64,000 nucleotides of DNA from assembly GCA_951406725.2 (NCBI GenBank), contig OX597814.1:930001-994000 (forward strand). Reading direction: 5' to 3'. The notes under the pieces are model-generated. The model was not told the DNA's origin and ran no database searches. It saw only the letters and a program-made list of their open reading frames with translations. Below are positions 14,252 through 27,294 of the stretch, piece by piece (position 1 is the first letter of the stretch; each line of letters opens with the position of its first letter). The DNA is from Octopus vulgaris (taxonomy: Eukaryota). Made by a program: the position numbers and the translations under genes.

Positions 14252-14636
14252 GTGGAGGTGCAATGGCCCAGTGGTTAGGGCAGCGGACTCACAGTCATAG
14301 GATCATGGTTTCGATTCCCAGAACGGGTGTTGTGAGTGTTTATTGAGTGAAAACACCTAAAGCTCCACGAGGTTCCAGCAGGGGATGGTGGCAAACCCTG
14401 CTGTACTCTTTCACCACAACTTTCTCTCGCTCTTTCTTCCTGTTTCTGTTGTACCTGTATTACAAAGGGGCCAGCCTTGTCACACTCTGTTTCATGCTGA
14501 ATCTCCCCAAGAACTATGTTAGAGATACACATATCTGTGGAGTACTCGGCCACTTGCTTGTTAACTTCACAAGCAGGCTGTTCTGTTGATCGGATCAACT
14601 GGAACCCTCGTCGTCATAACCAACGGAATGCCACGA
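14252..14636 (+). mobile_element. tRNA-derived SINE family D
   Basis: TGGCCCAGTGGTTAG A box and GTTTCGATTCCC B box; AACAG(T/C)TGG flanking repeats; near-identical copy at 31624-31995. Confidence 0.9.
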
Positions 14637-15367
14637 TAACAGCTGGATTAACTCCAAGTCAGCCCCAGTTGACAAAAACATAATCAAGGATAATCAAACC
14701 ACGACCAATTTTTTTCAGTCAATGCATAACAACAATAACACGAACAATAACAAAATATTTTATCTCTTTTTCTTTTTAATCGTGTTTCCATTTCAAATAA
14801 ACAAGCCTTTCTCCTGCGCCTGTGTCTTTCGTCTCAGCTAAACTCCCATCTCCCCGAATCACATGAAAACCTTGTGTGTCTGTCAGTCAAACATTTGGAC
14901 TATTTATTTCCAATGGTTAATTACCATATCTCTGTGTGTCAATCACAGACACACTGTTTAACAAAGCACCAGTTGAATAATTACCTTATTGTTTAACGAG
15001 CTCACATGTTTTCAGCTTTATTCTTTTATAAATGTCTCCTTTTCATTCATGGCTCTGTGGTTAAGCAGCTCTTTTCCCAACCATGAGGTTTGGAGTTCCA
15101 TCCTACAGCACAGGTGGTTATATTAAAACTGAGCAGGGGTCTTATATCAAAGACCTTATATTAAAGACCTGAGCAAGTGTCTTATATCAAAACTTTGGGC
15201 CAACTAAAGCCTTATAAGTACAAATGGAAACTGAAAGAAGCCCATCATATATATGCATGTGTTTGTGTGCTTATGTGTGTGTGTATGTGTGTTTCCTTGT
15301 CTAGACATCACAAGCTGGTTGTAAACAAGCATCATTGTCATACAACTGGTGTTGTTTGTTGCCAGTA

Positions 15368-15778
15368 GGCGCAGGAGTGGCTGTGTGGTAAGTAGCCTTC
15401 TTACCAACCACATGGTTGTGGGTTCAGTCCCACTGCGTGGCACTTTGGGCAAGTGTCTTCTACTATAGCCTCGAGCCTACCAAAGACTTGTGAGTGGATT
15501 TGGTAGACAAAAACTGAAAGAAGCCTGTCGTATATATGTATATATATATATGTGTGTCCGTGTGTGTTTATGTGTTTGTGTTTGTCCCCAAACATTGTCT
15601 GACAACCGATAGTGGTGTGTTTACGTCCCCGTAACTTAGCGGTTCGGCAATAAGAGACCGATAGTATAAGTACTAGGCTTGCAAAGAATAAGCCCTGGGG
15701 TCGATTTGCTCAACTAAAGGTGGTGCTCCAGCATGTCCACAGACAAATGACTGAAACAAGTAAAAGAGTAAAAGAGTA
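15368..15778 (+). mobile_element. SINE family A, full length
   Basis: GGCGCAGGAGTGGCTGTGTGG head through to the (GTAAAAGA)n tail. Confidence 0.92.
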
Positions 15779-16029
15779 ATTCATGAAGAACATGTCTGGT
15801 CAAGGGAAAATATTACCTTGCTTAGAAAGTGGGGAGGGTTAGTGACAGGATGAGTACTTGGACATAGAGAATCGGCCTCAACAAATTCCATCTGACTTTA
15901 TACACGCATGGAAAAGTGGACATTAAAATGATGATGGTCATGATGATGATAATGATGATGACGATGACGACGATGATGATGACGATGATGATGATGATGA
16001 TGATGTGTACTTTCTTTCTCTTTCTCACC

Positions 16030-16290
16030 AGCCTGGAACATCACTTTCTACTCCATGCTTGACCCACTGGTTGCCAGGGAGTCCCTCACCAATACACTCC
16101 AGCCCCTGGTCCATCAACATGCTGTTATCTCCTCAAACTGCTTTTCATTACTGCTGCTCCTCAGAGCTGGATGAGTTCATGCCATACAACTCTTGCACAA
16201 ATCACTAGATCCTTTCTTCACAGAATTTCGTCCCTCTGGAATCCCACAACCATACTTAGAGATTTCCCCTTCAGCCTGTAACCCACTTCT
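16030..16290 (+). pseudogene. decayed Jockey-like LINE C-terminal fragment
   Basis: LTNTLQPLVHQHAV...CCSSELDEFMP resembles LQPLSHRR...CSSEL, followed by an SFF...LWN-like segment. Confidence 0.35.
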
Positions 16291-16887
16291 CTCGTCCAGA
16301 ATATTCTTTTCTACTTTAGGCATATGGCCTGAAATTCTTTGGCTAGTCTATTAGATCGACCCCAGTACGCAACTGGTACTTAATTTATCGACCCCGAAAG
16401 GATGAAAGGCAAAGTTGACCATGGCAGAATTTGAACTCAGAACGTAAAAACAGACGAAATACCACTAAGCATTTCACCCAGTGTGCTAACGTTTCTGGCA
16501 GCTCACTGCCTTAGTTAAACTATATATTCTTTTCTACTCAAGGCACAAAGCCTGAAATTTGGGGGGAGGGGGGGCAGTCGATTAGATTGACCCCAGTATG
16601 CAACTGGTACTTAATTTATCAACCCTGAAAGGATGAAAAGGCAAAGTTTGACCTCAGCGGAATTTGAACTCAGACGAAATACTGTTAAACATTTCACCCA
16701 GCATGGTATTGATCTACTGGACACTGTCCACAGACACGCAACCAAATTCTGTCTGTCAGTCACTTATCATATTTTGAACATCTTGCTTTTCTGGGCATCA
16801 ACATGCTACAGTTCCGACATGTAGCAGTTGATTTTGTAGAAGCCAACAAGATTATTCACCATCTTTACAACTACTATTTTAGCCATA

Positions 16888-17259
16888 CAGTTCTATATCT
16901 AAGAGACGAGGAATTATGTACATTATTTACATTATTTACATTTGATGGATTTTTGTCCTCATCTTGTTTGTTGTTAACACAACGTTTTGGCTGATATATT
17001 CTCCAGCCTTCATCAGGTGTCTTGGGGAAATTTCAAACCTGGGTTCTCATTCCTAAGATATTTTTCAATGTTGTTATGATTATTATTATTGTTCAGGTTA
17101 CTGCTTGGAATGGAACTCGGAATCTCGGGGTTAGTAGCCCGCGCTCTTAACCACTATGCCCACAGGAATATGGCATAGAGGTTAAGAGCACGGGCTACTA
17201 ACCCCAAGATTCCAAGTTCCATTCCAAGCAGTAACCTGAACAATAATAATAATAATGAT

Positions 17260-17292
<33 letters not shown>

Positions 17293-17470
17293 AGCAATAA
17301 TAATAATAACAACAACAACATTGATAAATACCTTAGGAATGAGAACCCAGGTTCGAAATTTCCCCAAGACACCTGATGAAGACTGGAGGGTATATCAGCC
17401 AAAACGTTGTGTTAACAACAAACAAGATGAGGACAAATATCCATCAAATGTAAATAATGTAAATAATGTA
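16888..17470. mobile_element. fold-back element: head-to-head tRNA-SINE, (AAT/AAC)n and hammerhead-like Penelope-type terminus
   Basis: Arms 16919-17160 and 17172-17470 are reverse complements around an 11-nt spacer, with a 31-nt unpaired extension on the left. Second copy at 56589-57002. Confidence 0.85.
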
Positions 17471-18342
17471 TTTTGGATATGTTTTGAACTCAACATCTCT
17501 ACCAAACAATGCAAAACCCACAACTTTCAGGAACTTATTTTTCACACTCAGAATTATTGAAGCATGAAAATAAGCCACTCGCATCAGTTGTTATCTATCA
17601 GGATGCTGCTTCCTTAAAACATTTCATCATCATCATCATCATTGTTTAATGTCCGTTTTCCATACTGGCATGGGTTGTACGGTTTGACTGAGGTCTGGAG
17701 AGCCAGGAGGCTGCACCAGGCTCTAAAAATTCACCAACACTACCCCCGACATGGTCACTTAATGGTCACTTCTCTATCTTTTTATGTTTTGCTGTGTATG
17801 CACTTCTGTGCCCTTCTAGCTTTCATTTCGCTTCTTTCTTTACATGACTTATATGTCTGCTTTCTGTCCCTTCTTTCACCTATTTCTAACGAGTTGTAGC
17901 ACACCTGAGCATGGCATGCCATACGCTTATTATGATAATTATTATCATTACACACCTGGTGCCCTTTCTTTGAATGTAGTTTGTGATGTTTACAACAACA
18001 CTGACCCAGGTGAGGGAACAGCTTTAATCATACGTCTGCTTGATCAGGGGCTGACCTAATGTTAAACAACAACATAATAGATATATATATATATATAGAG
18101 AGAGAGAGCATGATTAAGGGACAGACTGGAGTAACCAGGTTGCAGAGTTTGTGAGACAGTTTCAGAGTCTAGTGGACCAACTGGTCCTTGTCACTGGTCT
18201 ACTTGAGCCAGACTGACCAGGGTTACATAACTATTTATACAATATCCCCAACCACTCACAAGATTAACACAGCCCTCCCATGAAACAGATTAATCTCATT
18301 CATTCTTTACACACCTTCTCAAGAAATGAATCAGGCTTGTTC

Positions 18343-18392
<50 letters not shown>

Positions 18393-18524
18393 TGGCTGGC
18401 AAGTTAGAGATAGGAGACAGACAAAAGACCAGATGGGGTTGGGGTTGGGGGCAGAGGTTATGAAATATTTTGTGATAAACAGTGTCAGAGAGGACAATGG
18501 TTAATATTATTATCATCATTAGCA

Positions 18525-19050
18525 CCACCCTCATCATCATCATCATCATCATCATTGTTGTCGTCATCGTTACCTTCATCGTGGTCATTACCTTCATCGG
18601 CGTTGGTGTTGGTGTCGTCACCTTCATCATCATCATCATCATCATTATCATCATCATTGTTGTTGTCGTCGTCATCACCTGCATCATCAACATCATCATC
18701 ATCGTTGTCGTCATCACCATCATCATCATCATCATCCTCTTCCTCATCATTGCTGTCGTCGTCACCTTCATCATCAACATCATCATCGTCATTGTCGTCA
18801 TCATCATCCTTGTTGTCGTCATCAACTTCCTCCTCCTTCTTCTCATCATCATTATCATCACTCCTACTATCAGTACTACAAACACCAGAAACACAAACAT
18901 CTCCAACACCACTACCATCACCACCACCTTCACCACCACCCTCACCACCACCATTGTCAGCATAATCATTTCACCCCAACCACCACCACCACCATTACCA
19001 CAACCCACATCATCATCACACCACCATCTCCACCACTACCATTAATACCA
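18525..19050. repeat. compound (CAT/CGT/CAC)n microsatellite
   Basis: Direct reading. Confidence 0.95.
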
Positions 19051-19520
19051 CCATTGTCATCAACTTATTGACAACAATACAAGTCCCTATGAGATCCCCT
19101 CTTTATAGTGGGATTCCCCCTTCAGGGGATAAGGTCAAAAGGGTTGACAGAAACTAGATTTAGAGATTAAAGATAAGTCCCTGGTGATTAGATAAACCTC
19201 AAAGTTGAGCTTTTCCCTTAATCTCTAACCACTGGTTCAATACTACAACAATGACCCAAATAAACTGGTATAAAGTGGGGCATAGTAAATTGCCTAAACA
19301 TAGTAGGTGAAGTATGGCAGTTAGGACAACACCGAAGCTACTGTTGTTGTCATGAGGAGAAAACTGCATGTGGTTTGAAGAAGAAATGGTTGTAGACCAG
19401 TGGTAATAGCTATCTGTTGGTTATTTAAATAGATATTCCATAGAGAAATATTTTCATGTTTGGGGGTCACCACTTTAGTGGGTTTTTAGCCTATTAATTT
19501 AATATCATAATAATATTAAA

Positions 19521-19585
<65 letters not shown>

Positions 19586-19639
19586 TAAAAATAACAACAA
19601 CAACAACAACAACAACAACAATAATAATGACAATAATAA

Positions 19640-20030
19640 TAATGAAATTATTGTATTCAGTGCTCAGGTGCACCACAACTTGTCACAAGAGCGTATAAAG
19701 TATATGTATTAATGTACAAATGTCTGGGAAGTGAACAGTGTATGAGTCAGGTACATGCTTGTGTGTGTATGGAGGGGAGGAAATCAGGTGTAGTGTTGGC
19801 GAATCTCAGGAAGCATGGAAGTTTTGAAGGATGCAGTGCTCCGACAACTAACAACTGATGCCAGCAGTCTGTTCCATGCTTCAGCAACTCTTAGCATGAA
19901 AAAATGTTTCCTAAAGTCATGGAAGGAGCTGTGCTGTTTTCTGACTTTGTAAATATGTCCACGGGTGTTAGACAGGTGGAGTTTGAAAAGGTGCTCAGAG
20001 TTATTGTTTGTAAGATGGTTGATAATTTTA
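19640..20030 (-). mobile_element. CR1-type LINE 3' end with (ATT)n tail
   Basis: NTRGHIYKVRKQ...RKHFFMLRVAEAWNRLLASVV...ASFK; same family at 26650-27020. Confidence 0.8.
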
Positions 20031-20993
20031 TGTTCGGTTATTCTTCGATAGCTGTTAGAATCAATCCAGCGAGGAACAACAACAACTCGTGTGAGATTGT
20101 GAAGATGTTGTGCACATGAGGAATTTATTCTGATATGGAATGAGAGCATTTACACAGCTTGTATATTATCAGTCAATAGAACAGAATGGAATTTGAATAA
20201 GGGAATGTTTTCTGAGGCAAATTCAATCAACAAGAAGTTGTCTCATAGCAGGTACAGAGATGGAGACCACCACAGCTAGTCGTAGGTGGTGTACAGGAGA
20301 AGAAAGAGAATGTGACGTCTGTGCACGTCTTTTTATTTCTAGGCAATGAGTGCCATCTAGTTGCCAGCGATGTGACAGGGGAGATAACTATAGATGACTC
20401 TTATTGAAACCTGATGTCACTGATTCAAATTAGGTTGCCTACAGAATCTTACTGGGGCATAATACTCTTTTCTTCTCTTGGCACAAGGCCCGAAATTTTG
20501 TGGGGAAGGGGACCAGTTAATTAGATTTACTCCAGTATGCAACTGGTACTTAATTTATCGACCCCGAAAGGATGAAAGGCAAAGTTGACCTCGACAGAAT
20601 TTGAACTCAGAATGTGAAGACAGACAAAATAACTATTTCTTTACTACCCACAAAGGGGCTAAACACAGAAGGGACAAACAAGGACAGATAAATGGATTAA
20701 GTCGATTATATCGACCCCAGTGCGTAACTGGTACTTATCTAATCAACCCTGAAAGGATGAAAGGCAAAGTTGACCTCGGTGGAATTTGAATTCAGCACGT
20801 AGCGGCAGACGAAATACCGGTAAGCATTTCACCCGGTATGCTAACGATTCTGCCAGCTCGCCTCCTTACTGGGGCATAATGTTAACCAATCAATAATAGA
20901 GTCATTGGAACAGTGACAAATTTGTAAATAAGCTTTTATTAACTTTGTGGGTAGCAATATGAAGCAGGGATGGAAATAAACAAACTTTTTACT

Positions 20994-21290
20994 GATTCAA
21001 ATATATCTGAGAGGCATTTGAACCTGTAAAGGCTTTTCACTGCAATTTGACATGGAGCAAAAAAGGTAAGACAAAAAGGTGTTAAAATTCTATAGTCAGC
21101 TTAAAGTGCTCTCAGCATTTCGACTGAGGAGAACTAAAGAGCTTGAAATCGATACACCGGTTCATAGAGGGCGTTCTGAGCTGACTATGGTGTATTAAAA
21201 CCTTTTTGTGTTAAACAAGAATTTTTGTCCTTGACAAACTGCTGTGAAAAGCCGTTATGGGTTCAAATATTTTTCAAAAATATTTGAATT
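20994..21290. repeat. diverged ~300-bp palindrome with a hammerhead-like loop
   Basis: GGCTTTTCAC/GTGAAAAGCC, ACAAAAAGGT/ACCTTTTTGT and ATAGTCAGCT/AGCTGACTAT pair symmetrically about ~21140. Confidence 0.7.
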
Positions 21291-21333
21291 TATCTGAAGC
21301 TGGTTGTTTTATTGGCTTTCTTTTTATAACAGA

Positions 21334-21729
21334 TTAGCAGTATCGCCCGGCGTTGCTCGGATTTGTAAGGGAAATAACTATATAAGCATTTTTAGAGAGT
21401 TATAGCCAAAAAATAGGAAAAAAATGCATTAAAAATGGAAAAAAAATTAAGGTAAATTTCTTTTTAAATCGTTGACACATCGTAGATATTTTTAGAGAGT
21501 TACTTCCCTTACATAATAGCAAAAGAATGCATTAAAATGGAAAAATATGATGGTAAATTTTTTTAAATCGTAGACTCATCGTAGATGCGCGCTAATACCC
21601 AGAAGGGCTCGATATGAATCACGACTATAAGATACCCGGTTTTGGTTACACTGCACCGCAAAATGTGGGAGTCATTACGAATCTAAATCGTAGGAGACAG
21701 ACACACAACTTCACTCTTATATATAAAGA
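21334..21729 (-). mobile_element. non-autonomous Helitron, second subfamily
   Basis: 5' A|TCTTTATATATAAG and 3' CCGAGCAACGCCGGGCGATACTGCTAA match the 1319 family; the interior differs and contains a ~120-bp duplication. Confidence 0.8.
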
Positions 21730-21837
21730 TATAAGTCACGTAGTTATATACACATACTTTGTTATATACACATTGTTAAAAGAAAATGTTATTTTGAATA
21801 CAACATTTATAAAGAATAAAATATTTTTTGGTTTTTC

Positions 21838-22245
21838 TTAACCCTTTCGTTACTATATTTCTGACCAAATTACACCCCTTATGTGTTTCAATTAATTTCT
21901 AACGTAATCATAAATTTAGTCTGGTTTCATTAAACAACTATAACTTTTTTATTTATCAATATATTAATCTGATTTTTGGAAGATGATTTAATGAAATATT
22001 CTCAACCAATTCTACACTATAATTTTTGTCACAAAGTGACTCTAATTGCAGGTAGATACAGGTAAATTCAACAATATATAAAATTATTAAAATTTTGTTC
22101 AAACATTGCTATAGAAAATGGGTTATTAGCTAATATTCAATTGGGTATACAACAAAATTTTACGATAGAATTTGTTATTCTGGGTAACTTTCTGATACCC
22201 ATAATAATATTTATGGCAAAATAGGCCTTAATTTCATTTAAGGTT
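21838..22245. mobile_element. piggyBac-like MITE remnant
   Basis: TTAA|CCCTTTCGTTAC terminus matches the TIR at 58901-58916; right end uncertain. Confidence 0.45.
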
Positions 22246-24247
22246 GTGGGAAATAACAAACTATCCTTTCTTTCGCTTTGTTTACGTTTAGCGTAATGAT
22301 TTCAAATAGGCTCATTCGAAAAAGTAAAAAGAAATAGTTTAAGGCTTTACTCTTCTGGGAAAGTCTGTGGCTTGGTGCAGTTTCTTCAGAAAAATCACCG
22401 AAAGAAACAGTTTTTAAATTTTCACTCCATTCAGGTACCAATTCATTTTCTTAATCGCTGTCGGATTCACTGTTTTCACTTTAATAGCTGCAAACTTGCA
22501 AAGACAAAGGAGGAGAAGGGTGATAGCGTCAGTGAAACAGTTGCTCCCTTTGTGTGTGTGTACGTTTGCGTGTGGTGTACCCCACATTAAGAAAAACATT
22601 TGACATATACACCAGAATGTGAGTTTTCTGTAAATTTTGCTTAATTGGGGTTGAAATTTTAAAAACCGGACCTGACATGACCCGATGCATTCTACTCTTA
22701 AAAATGCTAGGTAAATTGTAATTGAAGAAATCCTATATTGTAGATTTCTATAAGTTACAAAGGGAGGCAGATAAAATCTGCCTTTTATAATAAGAGATTC
22801 ATCTATAATTGTTTTTGGTTTAGGAACACTATCAGTAATTTCAAAGAAAGGTTTTTGTCAATACCAGTGATTCCAGCACTTGATAGGTTCTGCTTCATTG
22901 TATTAACCTCAAAAGGATGAAGAGAAAGTTGGCCTCATCAAGTATTGAACTTGTAGTGTGGATTTGAACCCCCTAACTGCTAGAAACTAAGTCAGGTACC
23001 ACAAGTGTGCCACCACAGTTCCACATGATTGATCTATAAATCAACCAGTCAGCATGAGGCTGTGCTGTGATGTGGTTTTCTCAAATGTTCTAAAATTTAA
23101 CCTCTTCACCCTTATAGAAACCATTTTGGCACTTTGGATCATTACAGAGTGTCAAAGGCAGCTGACTGATCCACAGAATCAGTGATCCACCTTCAAAACC
23201 TCTTGACAGACGATTCTTGACATTTAGACTGACAACTCCAGTTTCTGAAGAATGTCTTATGAGTAACTTCTCCAAATGTTCGTGCAGTTTTTCTCTCTAT
23301 CCCACCCATCAATTATTAACATCATTCATTGATGATGATGATGATGATGATTATAAATGGCCACCACCAAATATATTATGTTCAACAATAAATAGAAACT
23401 CTGCTAGATCAAGAATGGAGCCTGGTGCAGCCATCTGGCTCGCCAGCCCTCAGTCAAACTGTCCAACCCATGCCAGCATGGGAAGTGGACGTTAAATGAT
23501 GATGATGATGATGATGATGATGATAGGCACAGGAGTGGCTATGTGGTAAGAAGGTTCTGGGTTCAGTCCCACTGTGTGGCACCTTGGGCAAGTGTCTTCC
23601 ATTATAGCCTCGGGTCGATCAAAGCCTTGTGAGTGGATTTGGCTGCTTGGATGGTACTTTTTATGTGCCACCAACATGAGAGCCAGTCAGGCGACACTGA
23701 AAGAACAGAAGTGGAAAGCTGCTTGTAAGACTGAAACCATGGATCTGTAACCACAAACTAGAAGATGCAGAGTTCAAGTGCAAAAGACAGCTCCCAGCAA
23801 GGTTTCGGTCAGCCCAGGGCTATAGGAAAAGATACTATGGTGCCCCTAGTGCCATGCAGTGGGACTGAACCAGAAATTATGTGGTTGGGAAGCAAACTTC
23901 TTACCACACAGCCACACCTGCACCTAAACTTAACCTGTAATTCTAACAACTCAAATAACTCTGCACTAATTATTTGCAGGCTATTAATTACAATTCAGTA
24001 ATTATGCACCTGTTTGATTACTGTAATACCAAACTGTCTCCAACTTTTACGAATGACTGAGCATTTAAGAATATTTTCAAGATCTAATGAACTTTCAGTT
24101 ATTCTAATTAAAATAATTACTTTCAACAGAAGTGTTGAACGATCAAGGTTATTAAATTTCTGTGAAATACAGGGTGCTGCAAAAATAAAGCTCCTATATT
24201 TTATGGTGTCGTTAATGTGATGTTATTAAAGTTTGTTAAATAATAAT

Positions 24248-24654
24248 TATTTCTTTATTGCTCACAGGGGGGCTAAACATAGAGGAGACAAACAAAGGGT
24301 TTAAGTTGATTACATCAACCCCAGTGCGTAACTGGTACTTATTTAATTGACCCTGAAAGGATAAAAGTCAAAGTCGACTTCGGCGGAATTTGAACTCAGA
24401 ACGTAACGGCAGACGAAATACCTATTTCTTTACTACCCACAAGGGGCCAAACACAGAGAGGACAAACAAGGACAGACAAGCGGATTAAGTCAATTATATC
24501 GACTCCAGTGCATTACTGGTACTTAGTTTATCGATCCCGGAAGGATGAAAGGCAAAGTCGACCTCGGCGGAATTGGAACTCAGAATGTAATGGCAGACGA
24601 AATACCGCAAAGCATTTCGCCCGGTGTGCTAACAATTCTGCCAGCTCACCGCCC
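24248..24654 (-). mobile_element. tandem dimer of SINE family C
   Basis: Two consecutive units; TAAATAATAA direct repeats at both flanks. Confidence 0.88.
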
Positions 24655-24826
24655 TAAATAATAACGATGTCATCATGTAGCTAACACCGACAAAAGTATA
24701 ACAGTCACAATTGAGGCCAATGAAAGAAATTTGGGTACTCTAAGAATTAAAGAAGCTAATCTCATAGACAGATTAGGGCCCCAAATTAACAACAGACTGG
24801 AGGTTGGCAATCAATATATCATTTAG

Positions 24827-25236
24827 CAAGCTGGCAGAATCGTTAGCACACCGGATGAAATGCTTAGCAGTATTTCATCGGCTGTTACATTCTGAGTTCA
24901 AAATCCACTGAGGTTGACTTTGCCTTTCATACTTTCAGGGTCAATTAAATGAGTACCAGTTATGCACTGGGGTCGATATAATCGACTTGATCCGTTTGTC
25001 TGTCCTTGTTTGTCCTCTCTGTGTTTAGCCCCTTGTTGGTAGTAAAGAAATAGGTATTTCGTCTGCCGTTATGTTCTGAGTTCAAATTCTGTCGAGGTCG
25101 ACTTTGCCTTTCATCCTTTCAGGGTCGATTAAATAAGTACCAGTTATGCACTGGGTTCGATGTAATCAACTTAATCCCTTTGTCTGTCCTTGTTTGTCCC
25201 CTCTATGTTTAGCCCCCAGTGGGCAACAAAGACATA
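24827..25236 (+). mobile_element. tandem dimer of SINE family C
   Basis: Two consecutive units; TSD AATATATCATTTAG at 24813-24826 and 25237-25250. Confidence 0.9.
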
Positions 25237-26211
25237 AATATATCATTTAGCTACATCTGGATGTTTGTAGGTTCATTTTTGATAACATGTTCATGTATTA
25301 TGAAAAAAAGAAAAGGAAACTACAACTATAATACATAACTTAGAAGCAGCGCTGTGGATGTACCAATGCACACGAGCTTGAGACATGGCCACCCTCATGC
25401 ACTTCCCATGAGGAATTCTGGAAGGAGCTTCGTGAGACCACAGCAGAGATGCTACCGGAAAAAAAAAAATTCAGTAACCGTAGGAAAACCGATTCTAGCA
25501 GTGACTCGATCGATTCCTAGGGATAACTGAAGAAGGAATTTTTGTATTCTGAAATATTATTATAATATCAGACTCTGGATAATTAAATTATAACAGTTAT
25601 TATTGTCCACTCTGCATTGTTGTACTATTCAAGACATGTTATATTTTATTGGTCAATTAAATATGCACTGGGGTCGATGTAATTGACTTAATCCCTTTGT
25701 CTGTCCTTGTTTGTCCCTCTATGTCTAGCCCCCAGTGGGCAACAAAGACATAAATATATCATTTATTTTTTTCTTTTATTAGTCTTATCTTTTGAACAGG
25801 GACACATCATGTTTTTGTTGTTGAAATATTTACCAAGAATGGTGACTTTGGGAGGATATTTTTGCCAACCCTAAACTAATTACCAGACTTGAAGTTTTAT
25901 TTCTCTATTCTGATACATTAAACTCATCATACAATAATTGGGATTAATTATTATTTTTCTAATAAGTAATTTGTTGAAATAATCAGATTATTACTAATGT
26001 ATTACAAATACTGTAACACTTACTATCCTCAATTAATCAAATCAAGTTTTTCTGAACAGGTAAGAAACATTTCATTGTGTCCTCTTTCCCTCTTATGTCA
26101 TAAAGTAGAACAGTGGCACAAATGTCTTCTGTTGTATTAAAGTGTTATGGATGCATTCCTGTGGTGTAAAAAATCTGTCAATCTGGGGGAATGGGATGGT
26201 AAAAGTACATG

Positions 26212-26255
<44 letters not shown>

Positions 26256-26606
26256 GAATGCTACTGGAACATACCCTCACTCATATGCTCAGACACGGAT
26301 GACAATTAGATATGTGTGTGTATATGTGTGTGTAAAAGAATGGAGGATATCTGCATATGTGTGAGTGTGTGCGTGTGTGTAGATATGTAGGTTTTTCAAC
26401 TATTCATTTATTATATTGATAACCATGTTCTTAACTTTCTTCATAAATGGATATGGATGTTACCAGTTATGCAATATCAAATGTGTCTTAGATTATTTTA
26501 TTACCCAAATGGAGTTTGGTGTGTTACAGCAGACAAGGGTCATAGAGCATGGCAGTGAGAACTGAATCAAGAGAGGCAGAGAAGATAGACAGAAATAATA
26601 ATAATA

Positions 26607-26644
<38 letters not shown>

Positions 26645-26649
26645 AGTAA

Positions 26650-27020
26650 TAATGAAATTATTGTGTCTAGTGCTCAGGTGCACCACAACTCACCAAAGGT
26701 GCATGTACAGTCCATAGAATGATGTACAAAAGTCAGGAAAGTGAACAGTGTATGAGTCATGATATACACGTGTGCATGTGCATGGAGGGTGGGGAGATAT
26801 CAGGTGTAGCGTTGGCAAATTTCAGGAAGCATGGAGGTTTTAAAGGATGCAATGTCTTGGCAACTAACAACTGATGCAGGTAGTTTGTTCCATGCTTCAG
26901 CAACCCTGAGTGTGAAAAAATATTTCCAAAAGTCTTGGGAGTTGTGCTGTTTTCTGACTTTGTAGGCATGCCCACATGTGTTAGACACATGGAGCTCAAA
27001 AAAGTGCTCAAAGTGGTTGT
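26650..27020 (-). mobile_element. CR1-type LINE 3' end
   Basis: [12 protein letters not shown]...YFFTLRVAEAWNKLPASVV; homologous to 19640-20030. Confidence 0.8.
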
Positions 27021-27127
27021 TGCCATCTCCTGTCAAACCATCCAGCCCATGCCAGCATGGAAAACAGACATTAAATGATGAGGATTATCAAAATTATCCA
27101 TCCATCCATCCGTCCGTCCGTCCGTCC

Positions 27128-27164
<37 letters not shown>

Positions 27165-27176
27165 TCTATCTGTCTG

Positions 27177-27212
<36 letters not shown>

Positions 27213-27294
27213 CCTATCTATCTATCTATCTGTCTGTCTATCTATCTATCTATCTATATATATATATATATATATATCTATCTATCTATCTATC

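Noticed and set aside
14252-14330. tRNA gene
   Set aside because: The A/B boxes continue into a multi-copy SINE body; the same applies to other tRNA-like heads.
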